DNA of 63,258 nt, the filler included. It is 7 parts of 7 records of this genome, joined end to end, with 100 filler letters (N's around TTAATTAATTAA, not from the genome) between each part and the next. Parts side by side here need not be neighbours in the genome. Positions count along the whole stretch, not along the records: positions 45,568 to 57,229 come from SRR2962707_2683; positions 57,330 to 63,258 come from SRR2962707_2688; 5 more parts are not named here. One strand, written 5' to 3'. Position numbers and translations under genes: made by a program. Positions within the stretch are counted from its first letter, which is position 1, and every line of letters starts with the position of its first letter. Positions 48,863-59,359 of the stretch are shown one piece after another. Under the pieces are notes generated by a model. The model was given only the letters and a program-made list of their open reading frames with translations, made no database searches and was not told where the DNA came from.

Positions 48863-49423
48863 CTAGTCTTTGCCGCTGCCCACGGATGCATTCAGGCGTG
48901 CGATCGCCTGATTTGTGATGTCGATGGCGTTGGCGCTTACGAAAACCGACCGCCGTTCAAGGATCACCGCCGCCCCTGTGTCGCGCATCAACTTTTCCAG
49001 AACCGGGCTTGCCGCGTCCAGAAACACCTCGCGCTCTTGATCCACAAGATCGTTCAGCGCGCGGCTTTTGGCGGCTTGGGTCAGACGTGTTTGCTGCACC
49101 TTTTCGTCAAAGGCATTGGCCAGCGCACGAAAAGCTTCGGCATTCATGGTTTTACGCAGCGCGGTCAGCCGCTCTTCTTCAGTCTCGAGATCTTTTTCAA
49201 TCTTGCGGTTCTCGGCGGATAATTTCGCGCTTTCGGCGTCGATTTCAGAAGCAACCCGCAGGCCAAAGGCGCTTTCGTTAAACACGCGATCGGAATCGAT
49301 GGTCAGGATCGGGCTTTGGATCAAGGCCCGCACCACAGGTGTGTCGACCTGTTGCGAAAATCCCGGCCCTGTCAAAAGTGACAAAGCCGGGACCAAGCAT
49401 ATTATAAGTCTTTTCAGACGCAT
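48863..49423 (-). CDS. skp: OmpH/Skp chaperone
   Basis: Signal peptide, helical body, DITNQAIARLN; follows bamA. Confidence 0.8.
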   Translation of the reverse strand: MRLKRLIICLVPALSLLTGPGFSQQVDTPVVRALIQSPILTIDSDRVFNESAFGLRVASEIDAESAKLSAENRKIEKDLETEEERLTALRKTMNAEAFRALANAFDEKVQQTRLTQAAKSRALNDLVDQEREVFLDAASPVLEKLMRDTGAAVILERRSVFVSANAIDITNQAIARLNASVGSGKD

Positions 49424-49430
49424 CTTGCGA

Positions 49431-51788
49431 TTAGAACTGCGTTCTTAGGGTAACTTCGAACGTTTGTTCCTGATCGTAGTCTTCCTTTTTCAGGGCCTTG
49501 GATACGTTGAACTGCAACGGCCCCACGGGTGTTTCCCAGAACAAGGACACGCCGATCACGTGACGGAACGCACCGTCTGCCCCAACAATCGACCCACCTG
49601 TCGTGTCCACGTCGGACAGATCCCAAAGGTTGCCAACATCATAGAACAGACCGCCGTTGATGCCGTACTCTTCGGGCAGACCAATGGGGAATTCAGCCTC
49701 GAACCGGGCAACCACATACAGGTTACCGCCAAGCGCGTCGTCAAACGTGCCGCTTTGGTCACGTGGGCCGATACCGCCGGATTCAAACCCGCGCATGATC
49801 GATGGCCCCAGCAAAAAGCGGTCAACAACACGGTTGGTGCCGCTGTTCCAGGCCAAAGCGCCCCCTTCAAGGGTGGCCCGCAAGGTGACTTCCTCGTTCA
49901 GGACCTGCTTTTCGCCAACAACCTTGGCTGTGGTTTTGACGAATTTTGCATCGCCGCCCAAACCGGCGAAATCCTGACCGAATTGCAGCAATACACCTGT
50001 TGTCGGGTCGATGCCGGACCGGCGCGTATCATAGCTGTAGGTATAGCCAAGCGAAGACGCGGTTTGCGAACCCACCGCGATATCATTACCAATCACCGGC
50101 CCATGCTCTGTCGGGTCGCGGGCAATCATCTCAAAATCTTCAAAGGTATAGCGCAGTTGCAGGCGGCCATTTTCGCTGACCGGGAATGTCAGGCTGGGGC
50201 TGAAATTCAAACGCTCGGAGTCAAAAGTCGCGTAGGACGAATTGGTTTCCGCGTAATCAAGGTTCAGGCCAAAGGCCACGTCGCGGCCCAGCAGGCTGGG
50301 TTCGATGAAACCGATGCCATAGCGTTTTGCATCTTCTGCAGTGCTGACGGTCAGGTTCAGTTTCTGACCACGGCCCAAGAAGTTATCCTCGGCAAAGCTG
50401 ATCGCAACACCGACACCGTCGGTCGAAGAGAACGAGCCACCAAAGTTCAAGGAACCAGTTGGTTTTTCTTCGACGTTAACGTCAATCACCACCTGTTCGG
50501 GGCTTGATCCCTCGCGGGCGTTGACGTCTGCGGTTTCGAAATAATCAAGCGCGCGGATACGTTCGGCGCTGGCGCGGATTTCACGCGGGTTGAACGGGTC
50601 GCCCTCTACGCTGTCAAACTGGCGGCGGACAACACGGTCCATCGTTGTTGTGTTGCCTTCGATGTCGATGCGTTCAACGAAAACACGCGGGCCACGGGTA
50701 ATGCGGTATTCCACATCCAAGGTCAGGTCGCGATCATTGCGTTTGATGACGGGTTCGATCCGCATGAAATCGATGCCGTCGCGGATCGCCTGGCGTTCCA
50801 TTCGTGCGATATCGGTTTCAACCACCGTGGGTGAATACACACCACCGGATTTGACTTTGACAATGTTGCGGTAGACGGCGGGATCAACACCGTTGATTGT
50901 CGATGTTACCGAGATATCGCCAAATTTGAATTGCTGGCCTTCTTGGATGTTGAACTGAACGAAATACCCGTCCCGTTCTTCGGTCAGCTGCGCGTTAACT
51001 GCGGAAATGCGCATGTCGACATAGCCGCGCGAGTTATAGAAGTCGCGCAACATTTGCCGGTCGACATCCGTGCGCTGCGCTACGAATGTGTCGCGCTTGA
51101 TCAAGAACCGGAAGAGGCCTGCCTGTTTTGTCCCCAGCACGCGGCGCAAGCGACGGTCGGAATAGATGCGGTTGCCGACAAAGCTCAGACGTTCGATTTC
51201 GACGTTGTCGCCTTCGAAGATTTCAAACACCAGATCAACACGGTTCTGGCTGCGGCGGATGACCTTGGGCTGGACCCGTGCTGAAATGCGGCCATCATTG
51301 CTATAGGCTTCGGCAATCGAATTGGCGTCTTTTTCGGCCTGCGTAGGATTAAAGACGCGGCGTGCGTCCGACCCAATCATGGCGGCCAGCGCTTCGTCTT
51401 TGATGCGGGCGTTCCCCTCAAAGCTGATGCGGTTGATCGTGGGGTATTCAACAACGGTGATCACCAAGGTGCCGCCGCGTGGTTCAATCGTAACTGTTTC
51501 AAACAGACCGCTGGCCTGCAGGTTTTGGTAGGCGTCGTTCAACTGACCACCCGATACAGCGCGACCCCGGGCGATTCCGGCACGGCTTAGAACGGCGCTG
51601 TCACCGATCCGGTTGTTGCCTTCGATCTGAATTGTACTGAACTGGTATTCTTGGGCCTGCGACTGCGATCCAGGAACGAGCCAAGCCACTGACAGCATTA
51701 CACAAAATGAAGCGCTGCGAAGCGATCTTGAAAATGGCTTTACCGCCGACTTTTGGGCAGAATTGCCCAACCCGTTTTCATGCGCCAT
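49431..51788 (-). CDS. bamA: Outer membrane protein assembly factor
   Basis: POTRA repeats (IEGNNRI, FEGNARI, IEGNTTT), NFLGRGQ, MRGF, C-terminal F. Confidence 0.95.
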   Translation of the reverse strand: MAHENGLGNSAQKSAVKPFSRSLRSASFCVMLSVAWLVPGSQSQAQEYQFSTIQIEGNNRIGDSAVLSRAGIARGRAVSGGQLNDAYQNLQASGLFETVTIEPRGGTLVITVVEYPTINRISFEGNARIKDEALAAMIGSDARRVFNPTQAEKDANSIAEAYSNDGRISARVQPKVIRRSQNRVDLVFEIFEGDNVEIERLSFVGNRIYSDRRLRRVLGTKQAGLFRFLIKRDTFVAQRTDVDRQMLRDFYNSRGYVDMRISAVNAQLTEERDGYFVQFNIQEGQQFKFGDISVTSTINGVDPAVYRNIVKVKSGGVYSPTVVETDIARMERQAIRDGIDFMRIEPVIKRNDRDLTLDVEYRITRGPRVFVERIDIEGNTTTMDRVVRRQFDSVEGDPFNPREIRASAERIRALDYFETADVNAREGSSPEQVVIDVNVEEKPTGSLNFGGSFSSTDGVGVAISFAEDNFLGRGQKLNLTVSTAEDAKRYGIGFIEPSLLGRDVAFGLNLDYAETNSSYATFDSERLNFSPSLTFPVSENGRLQLRYTFEDFEMIARDPTEHGPVIGNDIAVGSQTASSLGYTYSYDTRRSGIDPTTGVLLQFGQDFAGLGGDAKFVKTTAKVVGEKQVLNEEVTLRATLEGGALAWNSGTNRVVDRFLLGPSIMRGFESGGIGPRDQSGTFDDALGGNLYVVARFEAEFPIGLPEEYGINGGLFYDVGNLWDLSDVDTTGGSIVGADGAFRHVIGVSLFWETPVGPLQFNVSKALKKEDYDQEQTFEVTLRTQF

Positions 51789-51849
51789 CTTCTACACCTG
51801 TATTTAATTCTATTTTGAATCTGATTAGACAAATTAACACCGGTTGTCA

Positions 51850-51897
51850 AAAACAAGAAGCCGATGAACCCCTTTAAATCAGGGCTTCAATCGGCTT
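51850..51897 (-). terminator. Probable intrinsic terminator upstream of bamA
   Basis: Minus strand AAGCCGATTGAAGCCCT..AGGGGTTCATCGGCTT followed by CTTGTTTTT. Confidence 0.55.
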
Positions 51898-51930
51898 GCT
51901 TTGAGATCAGATTGTATGAGGCGATGCAGC

Positions 51931-52056
51931 TTAAGCAGAGCCGAGGTAGGCCCCTGCTGCAAGTGCAAACGCCAATGCACCCAAGTAAAGGCCACGATCC
52001 CAGTTCAGATCAACCAAAAGGCCGAGCCCGCGGTATTTCGATTTGATGGCATTCAT
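51931..52056 (-). CDS. 41-aa single-TM small protein, not in the ORF track
   Basis: GAGGGGA RBS; MNAIKSKYRGLGLLVDLNWDRGLYLGALAFALAAGAYLGSA*. Confidence 0.65.
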   Translation of the reverse strand: MNAIKSKYRGLGLLVDLNWDRGLYLGALAFALAAGAYLGSA

Positions 52057-52190
52057 GAGATATCCCCTCGCTTGTATGACAAAGCGTATAGACATCAAAT
52101 AAGGCGAAATTTTCCGCGGATTGTGGCAACATTGTGGCGCGTTAGCTATTCAAGCTATATTTACGCTGTGATCGACGTGTATTCCCCGCC

Positions 52191-53543
52191 CTAAGGGCAG
52201 AAAATATCGTTCCCAAGGGCAAAGACCATCAGACCCAGCACCAGCGTCAGACCAATGGTCATCAAGATCCGCAATGCGCCATCGCTTGGTGGTTTGCCGG
52301 TCACGGCTTCATAGGCGTAAAACACCAGATGGCCACCATCCAACGCAGGGATCGGGAACAGGTTCAACAGGCCGACCGCCGTGGACAACACCGCGATAAA
52401 ATAGATGAAAGATTGCGCGCCTTGCGATGCCATAGCGCCCGAGGTTTGTGCGATTCCGACAGGGCCGGACAGGTTACAGGTGCTGATATCACCGATAATC
52501 ATGTGCTTGAGGCCGGATATCGACCCCTGAATGATCCGGCCAGTATTGGTCACGCCAGCCCACAACGCATCAACGACGCCGGGGGATGTGGTGGCGGCGT
52601 CAAAGGCCGTGCCGCCCGCGATGCCAATCCGCGTCTGTGACTTGAAACTGCCGTCAGGCTGCGGCTCGTCAATGACCTTGGGCTTCATGGTGAACTCAAG
52701 GGTTTCGCCGTCGCGCCACACGGTCAGCAACAATGCCCGCCCCTCGGCCGCCTCGACAAATTTCTTGAGCTGGCTAAAGGCAAAGATAGGCACGCCATCA
52801 ACACCGGTGATCACGTCGCCCGCCAGCAAACCGGCCTCATAGGCGGCGGATTGTGGCATGACCTGCTTGACCAACGTCGGCATGATATAGGGGCCGGGCA
52901 CGGTCATCTGCTGGCCGTCGCGCATCACGTCGTAATACAGCGGCTGACCCAGCGGGATCGCATCAAATGCGGCGGAATATGCAGTGGCATCATCCGCCGA
53001 CGGGATCGGAATGCCAGCAACCGACAGGATTTCATCACCCGATTGCAGCTGTGATTCCTCGAACGGCAATGGGCGTAATTCACCCACGGTCAGCGGGTCC
53101 TTGGCGACACCAACCTGCAAGGCGATGACAGTGAAAATGATAATCGACATGGCAAAATTGAACAACGGGCCTGCGGCAACCGTGGCTGCGCGCGCCCACA
53201 GCGGGGCACCATGCATCGTGCTGCGCAAACGGACGGGATCGGACTGTGCGGCCTCCATCGCGGCGTCATCCTTGCCCGAGGCTGCATTCGCGTCGCCTGC
53301 GAATTTCACATAGCCCCCAAACGGAAGTGCCGCGATCTGCCAAACAGTGCCCCGTTTATCGACGCGGCTGTACAGAACCGGGCCGAAGCCCAGCGAGAAC
53401 ACGTCAGCGTGAATGCCCGACCAGCGCCCGACGATATAGTGACCGTATTCATGGATCGCGACGATCACAGACAGCGCAACGACAAAGGCCAGCAAAGTCC
53501 AGATCAGACCGCTAAATTGGGGTATCAGTGCAAAAATGTCCAA
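52191..53543 (-). CDS. rseP: RIP metalloprotease
   Basis: HEYGH, PFGGYVK, PDZ domains, NLFPIPALDGG. Confidence 0.93.
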   Translation of the reverse strand: MDIFALIPQFSGLIWTLLAFVVALSVIVAIHEYGHYIVGRWSGIHADVFSLGFGPVLYSRVDKRGTVWQIAALPFGGYVKFAGDANAASGKDDAAMEAAQSDPVRLRSTMHGAPLWARAATVAAGPLFNFAMSIIIFTVIALQVGVAKDPLTVGELRPLPFEESQLQSGDEILSVAGIPIPSADDATAYSAAFDAIPLGQPLYYDVMRDGQQMTVPGPYIMPTLVKQVMPQSAAYEAGLLAGDVITGVDGVPIFAFSQLKKFVEAAEGRALLLTVWRDGETLEFTMKPKVIDEPQPDGSFKSQTRIGIAGGTAFDAATTSPGVVDALWAGVTNTGRIIQGSISGLKHMIIGDISTCNLSGPVGIAQTSGAMASQGAQSFIYFIAVLSTAVGLLNLFPIPALDGGHLVFYAYEAVTGKPPSDGALRILMTIGLTLVLGLMVFALGNDIFCP

Positions 53544-53547
53544 AACG

Positions 53548-54723
53548 CTATGCTGCCCTTTTGTTGATTATGGTTTGTGCTGCCTGCCTTGCCAGATGGT
53601 CCACCTGCGCGACGTTATCAAGGGTCATGGTCGCATCAATCAGGCCGGCATCGGAATTTAGCTGGGTCAATGTGTCCTCGACGACCTCGGCCATTTGCTG
53701 GAACCGCAAGCGCCCATCGATAAAGCCATCAAGCGCGGTTTCTTTGGCGGCGTTGAAAACAGCGCCCGCCATGCCGCCGCGTTCCATCACCTCGCGGGCC
53801 AACCGCAATGCAGGCCAGCGCGCCTCGTCTGGGGTGCGGAATTCGAAGCTGCCGATCCTGGCAAGGTCAAGCCGTTCAACCGGTAGCGGTTTGCGGTGCG
53901 GGTGATGCAGGGCAAAGCCGATGGCGTGGCGCATGTCAGGTGGTCCCACATGGGCCATCAGCGCGCCATCGTTAAATCCGACAAGCGCGTGGATCATTGA
54001 TTGCGGGTGTACCAACACTTCGATCTGCGCAGGCGAAACATTGAAAAACTCATGCGTTTCAATAACTTCCATCGCCTTGTTGAACATTGACGCACTGTCG
54101 ATGGTGATCCGCGGCCCCATATCCCAGTTGGGATGGTTCAAGGCCTGATCCAGCGTGGCATCCGCCAGCTTTTCAATCGGCCAATCACGAAATGCGCCGC
54201 CGCTGGCGGTAATGATGATCCGCTCGACGGCGGCCATGTCCTCGCCGATCAGGGCCTGAAATATCGCGGAATGTTCGCTGTCTACGGGCAGGATCGCGGC
54301 ACCGTGGGTTTGGGCGGTGTCCAGTATCAGCCGACCGGCACAGACCAGCGATTCCTTGTTGGCCAGCGCCAAGGTCGCCCCTTGTTTCAGCGCCTCGATG
54401 CCCGGCACCAGCCCTGCGGCGCCGATGATGGCCGACATCACCCAATCCGCAGGACGGGTCGCGGCCTCGCGGATGGCATTGGCACCGGCGGCGGCTTTGA
54501 CCCCACTGCCCTGCAAGGCATCGCGCAGATCATCCAACAGCGTGTCATGGGCAGTGATCGCAATATCTGCGCCCAGTTCTTTGGCATCTGCCGCAAGCTG
54601 CGCAATATTGCCTGCACCGGTCAGCGCCACGACGTCATAATCCTCAGGCGCACGCCGGATCAGATCAATGGTATTTTGCCCGATGGAGCCGGTGGCCCCG
54701 AAGATACTTACACGCCGTTTCAT
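53548..54723 (-). CDS. dxr: 1-deoxy-D-xylulose-5-phosphate reductoisomerase
   Basis: GATGSIG, LANKESLV, PVDSEH, HPNWDMG. Confidence 0.96.
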   Translation of the reverse strand: MKRRVSIFGATGSIGQNTIDLIRRAPEDYDVVALTGAGNIAQLAADAKELGADIAITAHDTLLDDLRDALQGSGVKAAAGANAIREAATRPADWVMSAIIGAAGLVPGIEALKQGATLALANKESLVCAGRLILDTAQTHGAAILPVDSEHSAIFQALIGEDMAAVERIIITASGGAFRDWPIEKLADATLDQALNHPNWDMGPRITIDSASMFNKAMEVIETHEFFNVSPAQIEVLVHPQSMIHALVGFNDGALMAHVGPPDMRHAIGFALHHPHRKPLPVERLDLARIGSFEFRTPDEARWPALRLAREVMERGGMAGAVFNAAKETALDGFIDGRLRFQQMAEVVEDTLTQLNSDAGLIDATMTLDNVAQVDHLARQAAQTIINKRAA

Positions 54724-54729
54724 ATGGGA

Positions 54730-55524
54730 TCAGTTCAAGGTCGGGGTGATCGTCAGGAACTGGCCGATGATCAGCAAGAACAAGGCCGCGCCCAACATGC
54801 CGTCAAACCTGTCCAGCAAACCGCCATGGCCAGGGATCAGGTTCGAGCTGTCCTTGGCCCCTACCCGCCGCTTCATACCGGATTCGGCCATGTCACCCAT
54901 TTGCGAGGCCATGGATACTGCGACAGAAACACCGATCAGCTGCATCCCGATGCCTGTGTTGAGCGAAAACAGATAGCCCACGATTGCGGCCCCGACCCAG
55001 CCTGCGGCGGTGCCCGACCATGTTTTCTTGGGGCTGACACGGGGCCAGAATTTGGGCCCGCCAATGGCGCGGCCCGCGAAATACCCGAACACATCGGTGA
55101 TCACGACCACCAACACCAGCCACATCATCCAGCCAAAGCCATACCCATCGCGAATTTGCGACAAACCAAAGCCCGCGAGCATGATCATGACTGTAAAACA
55201 CATGAAAATCGTGCGGTGTTTTTCAAGCTGTCCAAAGCCGACCAGCGCCGGGGCCAGCAGGACGGGCAAGGCAAACCCCATCGGCAAATATATCGCCGCC
55301 AGCGTCGCACCGCCCACCAGCAGACCCATCTGGATTTTGACCTGCGGGCGGTCGGGGTTCAACATCCCGACAAGTTCCCACGCCATCAGGCCGCAAATGA
55401 TCGCCACCAAGACGTGAAAAATTGGCCCGCCCATCGCAATACCGCCAAGGCCGATCGCGATCATGGCGATTGCCGACCCCAGCCGCGCAGCAAGGTCAGA
55501 CCACTTTTCCGAAGTTCCTGTCAT
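54730..55524 (-). CDS. cdsA: Phosphatidate cytidylyltransferase
   Basis: SPKKTWSG, KDSSNLIPGHGGLLDRFDG. Confidence 0.95.
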   Translation of the reverse strand: MTGTSEKWSDLAARLGSAIAMIAIGLGGIAMGGPIFHVLVAIICGLMAWELVGMLNPDRPQVKIQMGLLVGGATLAAIYLPMGFALPVLLAPALVGFGQLEKHRTIFMCFTVMIMLAGFGLSQIRDGYGFGWMMWLVLVVVITDVFGYFAGRAIGGPKFWPRVSPKKTWSGTAAGWVGAAIVGYLFSLNTGIGMQLIGVSVAVSMASQMGDMAESGMKRRVGAKDSSNLIPGHGGLLDRFDGMLGAALFLLIIGQFLTITPTLN

Positions 55525-55546
55525 AGGATACGTCCTTTTGTACCGA

Positions 55547-56287
55547 TCATGGTTTCACGGCACCAAAACGACGGTCCCTACAGCCAAATGACGCGCAAAG
55601 CTTACCAAATTCTTCCTTCGAGAAATCCGGCCAGAGCGTGTCGATAAATTCATATTCCGCGTATGCAGATTGCCATAGCAGAAAGTTGGAAATCCGCGCC
55701 TCTCCGCTGGTGCGGATCACCAGATCGGGGTCCGGCAGCACATGAGTATCGAGATAGCGCGGCAGCGTTTCCTCGTCCACGTTATCAGGGTCAAGCAGCC
55801 CGGCGGCGACATCCTTGGCCAGCCGCTTGGTCGCGCGGGCGACCTCGTCGCGGCCACCGTAATTCAGGGCGATCGTCAGATGAGTGCGGGTGTTATGTTC
55901 GGTTTCACGCTCAAGATCGTTCATCAGCTTGATCAGCTTGTCGTCCAGCTTGACCCGATCCCCGATGAACCTGACGCGCACGCCACGGGCCTTGAGCGCC
56001 CTTGTTTCCTTGGCAATATACATCCGAAACAGGCTCATGAGCCCGGCAACCTCGGTTTGGGTCCGTTTCCAATTCTCGGTCGAAAAGGCAAAAATCGTCA
56101 GGTATTCCACGCCAAAGGATTGGCAGGCTTCGACAATCTCGCGGACGCGCTTGGCACCCGCGTGATGGCCCATCAGCCGTGGACGACCGCGCTGCGTCGC
56201 CCAACGGCCATTGCCATCCATAATGATTGCCACATGCCGTGGCGCTCCTGGAACCAGCTCGGACGATGGGTGAGACGCAGAAGGCAT
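55547..56287 (-). CDS. uppS: Undecaprenyl diphosphate synthase
   Basis: HVAIIMDGNGRWA, FSTENWKR, RTSGEARISNF. Confidence 0.95.
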   Translation of the reverse strand: MPSASHPSSELVPGAPRHVAIIMDGNGRWATQRGRPRLMGHHAGAKRVREIVEACQSFGVEYLTIFAFSTENWKRTQTEVAGLMSLFRMYIAKETRALKARGVRVRFIGDRVKLDDKLIKLMNDLERETEHNTRTHLTIALNYGGRDEVARATKRLAKDVAAGLLDPDNVDEETLPRYLDTHVLPDPDLVIRTSGEARISNFLLWQSAYAEYEFIDTLWPDFSKEEFGKLCASFGCRDRRFGAVKP

Positions 56288-56850
56288 CAGACCTGCATGA
56301 TCTCGGCTTGTTTCGTCTCAAGCTGATCATCGATCATGGCGATGTATTTATTTGTCAGATCCTGAACTTCGCCTTCCCAGACCTTTTGATCATCTTCGGA
56401 CATGCCATCGGCCTTGGCCTTTTTGATCTGGTCCATGCCATCGCGGCGGATGTTGCGAATGGAAACGCGGGCGTTTTCGCTGTACTGGCCCGCAACCTTG
56501 GTCAACTGCGTGCGGCGTTCTTCGTTCAGCTCGGGGATCGGCAGCATGATGATGGTGCCGTTTAGCTGCGGGTTAATGCCCAGACCAGATTCGCGGATCG
56601 CTTTTTCGACTTTGCCGACCAGCCCCTTGTCCCAGACATTGATCGTAACCATTCGTGGTTCAGGTACGTTGACCGTGCCAACCTGATTGATTGGCGTCTT
56701 GGTCCCGTAGGCATCCACCATCACGGGCTCCAACATGGACGCCGACGCGCGGCCTGTGCGCAAAGATGCAAATTCAGTGCGCAACGAAGCAATTGCACCA
56801 TCCATGCGGCGCTGAAGGTCGTCGGTATCCAACATAAAATCGTCTGACAT
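56287..56850 (-). CDS. frr: Ribosome recycling factor
   Basis: [22 protein letters not shown]. Confidence 0.96.
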   Translation of the reverse strand: MSDDFMLDTDDLQRRMDGAIASLRTEFASLRTGRASASMLEPVMVDAYGTKTPINQVGTVNVPEPRMVTINVWDKGLVGKVEKAIRESGLGINPQLNGTIIMLPIPELNEERRTQLTKVAGQYSENARVSIRNIRRDGMDQIKKAKADGMSEDDQKVWEGEVQDLTNKYIAMIDDQLETKQAEIMQV

Positions 56851-56947
56851 GATGTCCCCGGTGGTTGTGTAACTGTTTATATTTCAATCGATATAGCGGC
56901 ATCGCCCCCCATTTGTATAGAGAGCAGCCCCCGGTTTTGATCCCGCG

Positions 56948-57229
56948 TTAGCCTTGGACGCGGGTATAGGTGCCCTGACCCGCCAAAATCCCGCGGAAAC
57001 CGCCCGGCTCGTCGAGCGAGAACACGATGATCGGCAGGTTGTTGTCGCGCGCCAGTGCGATGGCCGACGCATCCATGACCCCCAACCGCTTTTGCAGCAC
57101 ATCGTCATAGCTGACAGTGTCATAGCGCTTGGCGTCGTCGAATTTTGCGGGGTCTTTGTCGTATACGCCGTCAACCTTGGTGCCTTTAAAGATCGCTTCG
57201 CAGGCCATTTCATTGGCGCGCAGGGTCGC
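56948..57229 (-). CDS. pyrH: UMP kinase, 5'-truncated
   Basis: KGTKVDGVYDKDP, VMDASAIALARDN. Confidence 0.93.
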   Translation of the reverse strand, partial: ATLRANEMACEAIFKGTKVDGVYDKDPAKFDDAKRYDTVSYDDVLQKRLGVMDASAIALARDNNLPIIVFSLDEPGGFRGILAGQGTYTRVQG

Positions 57230-57329
57230 NNNNNNNNNNNNNNNNNNNNNNNNNNNNNNNNNNNNNNNNNNNNTTAATTAATTAANNNNNNNNNNNNNNN
57301 NNNNNNNNNNNNNNNNNNNNNNNNNNNNN
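57230..57329. other. Artificial contig spacer
   Basis: N-run + TTAATTAATTAA + N-run. Confidence 0.99.
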
Positions 57330-57330
57330 G

Positions 57331-57897
57331 GCCAACCGGTCCGGGCGCATCAGCCCGACCACGGCGGGGCATGTTGCCCATTCGCTGGGCAATGCTATTG
57401 GGATGATTTTGGATGGCGGGCCGTGTGGTGTGGGGCTTGAAAGCACGGTGATTGATCTGACCACGGATCGGGTCGTGATGCTCCGTCCCGGCGGGATCAC
57501 CAAGGAACAGATTGCCGAAGTACTTGGGACTGAGGTCATCATGGCCGAAACCGATGACAACGCACCCAAAAGCCCCGGCATGTTGACCAGCCATTATGCG
57601 CCGGGATTGCCGGTACGCCTTGATGCGACCGCCCCGGACAAGGCCAAATACGGCCATGAAATACTTTTGGGGTTTGGCGATTGCGTGACCAAGGGGTTTG
57701 ATGCGGTCTTGTGGCTATCCAAATCCGGGAATGACGTTGAGGCGGCCGCGAACCTGTTTGCCCGCCTGCATGAAGCCGATCAGAAACGCTTTGATGGTAT
57801 TGCCATTGCGCCGATCCCCGATACCGGGCTTGGACTTGCGATCAATGACCGCATGAAACGTGCCAGTGCGCCGCGCGCGCCGCACCCATCGCCATAA
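57331..57897 (+). CDS. sua5: Threonylcarbamoyl-AMP synthase (Sua5), 5'-truncated
   Basis: ANRSGRISPT, GLESTVID, PGMLTSHYAP, AINDRM. Confidence 0.9.
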   Translation, partial: ANRSGRISPTTAGHVAHSLGNAIGMILDGGPCGVGLESTVIDLTTDRVVMLRPGGITKEQIAEVLGTEVIMAETDDNAPKSPGMLTSHYAPGLPVRLDATAPDKAKYGHEILLGFGDCVTKGFDAVLWLSKSGNDVEAAANLFARLHEADQKRFDGIAIAPIPDTGLGLAINDRMKRASAPRAPHPSP

Positions 57898-57913
57898 GCG
57901 GAGCAATGGCACA

Positions 57914-59326
57914 ATGACCCGCCCGCACGATGCCGCGATCCTTGAACTCCAAAACCTGCTTGGCCCGAAAGGCTGGAGCATGGAACGTGATGTTCTTGAA
58001 ACGCATAACCGCGAGGCACGCGGCAAATTCGATGGCCGTGCCGATATCATCCTGTTTCCCGCCAGTACCGATGAAGTTGCCAAGGCGGTTGCCATCTGTG
58101 CCGCGCACGCCATCGCCGTCGTTCCGCAAGGCGGCAATACCGGGCGCTGTGGCGGGGCGGTTGCCGGTCAGGATCAGGTTCTTTTGAACCTGAAACGGAT
58201 GAACAGAATTACCGAGATTGACGCCCGTGACTTCACTGCAACCGTTGAGGCCGGTGCGATCCTGAAATCCATTCAGGATGCCGCCGAGGAACATGACCTT
58301 TTATTCCCGCTGAGCCTGGGGGCCGAAGGCAGTTGCCAGATTGGCGGTAACCTTGCGACCAATGCCGGTGGGCTTAATGTTATTCGCTATGGCAATGCGC
58401 GTGATCTGGTGCTGGGGCTTGAGGTTGTTTTGCCCGATGGCAGCATCTGGAACGGGTTATCAAAGCTCCGCAAGGACAATAGCGGCTATGACCTGCGCGA
58501 TTTGTTTATCGGGGCCGAAGGCACGCTGGGTATCATCACCAAGGCCACCTTGAAACTGTTTCCCCACCCCAAACATATTGCCACCGCATGGGTGGCAGTA
58601 CCATCGCCCGAAGCCGCACTTGATTTACTGGCCCTTGCGCGGCGCACGACCGGCGATGCGATTGCTGCGTTTGAGCTGATGTGCGGTTTTGCCCATGACA
58701 TGTCGGTGACGCATTTGCCCAATCTGACACGCCCGCTTGCCAGCCCGACCGACTGGCATGTTTTGATCGAACTGACGTCATCGCGGCCCAAGGACGATTT
58801 ACAATCCTTGCTGACCGACCTTTTGGGCGATGCCATGGAAGGTGGGCTTGCACGTGATGCAACCCTTGCGCAGTCCGACGCACAACGCAAGAACCTGTGG
58901 GCGATCCGCGAAGGCATTCCCGAGGCGCAAGGATTTGAAGGCGGCAGCATCAAGCATGATGTGTCCGTACCGGTATCAAAGGTGCCCGACCTTCTCACAC
59001 GTGGCATGGCGGCGGCGCGTGACCTCATACCGGGCATTCGTCCCTGCCCGTTTGGGCACGTCGGGGATGGCAACATTCATTTCAATTTCACCCAGCCGGT
59101 CGGGATGAACAAAGCCGACTATCTCGCACATTGGGAAAGTCTGAACCGCGTCATTCATGACATTGTTTCTGATCTTGGCGGATCGATCAGTGCGGAACAC
59201 GGCATCGGGCAGCTCAAGCGTGATGAACTGGCCCATTATGCCAGTGCGGAAAAGCTGAAGTTGCTGCGTGCGGTTAAGGCCGCAATTGATCCGGACAACC
59301 GGCTGAACCCCGGAAAGGTCGTGTAA
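57914..59326 (+). CDS. FAD-binding oxidoreductase (D-2-hydroxyglutarate/D-lactate dehydrogenase-like)
   Basis: PQGGNTG, IGGNLATNAGG, GHVGDGNIH, ISAEHGIG. Confidence 0.88.
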   Translation: MTRPHDAAILELQNLLGPKGWSMERDVLETHNREARGKFDGRADIILFPASTDEVAKAVAICAAHAIAVVPQGGNTGRCGGAVAGQDQVLLNLKRMNRITEIDARDFTATVEAGAILKSIQDAAEEHDLLFPLSLGAEGSCQIGGNLATNAGGLNVIRYGNARDLVLGLEVVLPDGSIWNGLSKLRKDNSGYDLRDLFIGAEGTLGIITKATLKLFPHPKHIATAWVAVPSPEAALDLLALARRTTGDAIAAFELMCGFAHDMSVTHLPNLTRPLASPTDWHVLIELTSSRPKDDLQSLLTDLLGDAMEGGLARDATLAQSDAQRKNLWAIREGIPEAQGFEGGSIKHDVSVPVSKVPDLLTRGMAAARDLIPGIRPCPFGHVGDGNIHFNFTQPVGMNKADYLAHWESLNRVIHDIVSDLGGSISAEHGIGQLKRDELAHYASAEKLKLLRAVKAAIDPDNRLNPGKVV

Positions 59327-59359
59327 CGCCAGTCCCAGTTAGCGGAGGAAAAGAACCCG

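Noticed and set aside
48794-48863. lpxD absent between skp and fabZ
   Set aside because: Relocation of lpxD is common in Rhodobacteraceae; no remnant or lesion is visible
51901-52194. 97-aa plus-strand ORF in the rseP-bamA gap
   Set aside because: TTG start without RBS and odd composition; the minus-strand 41-aa ORF is better supported
9901-57329. Six identical TTAATTAATTAA motifs in N-runs
   Set aside because: Artificial all-frame-stop linkers joining unrelated contigs; no neighbourhood inference across them is valid
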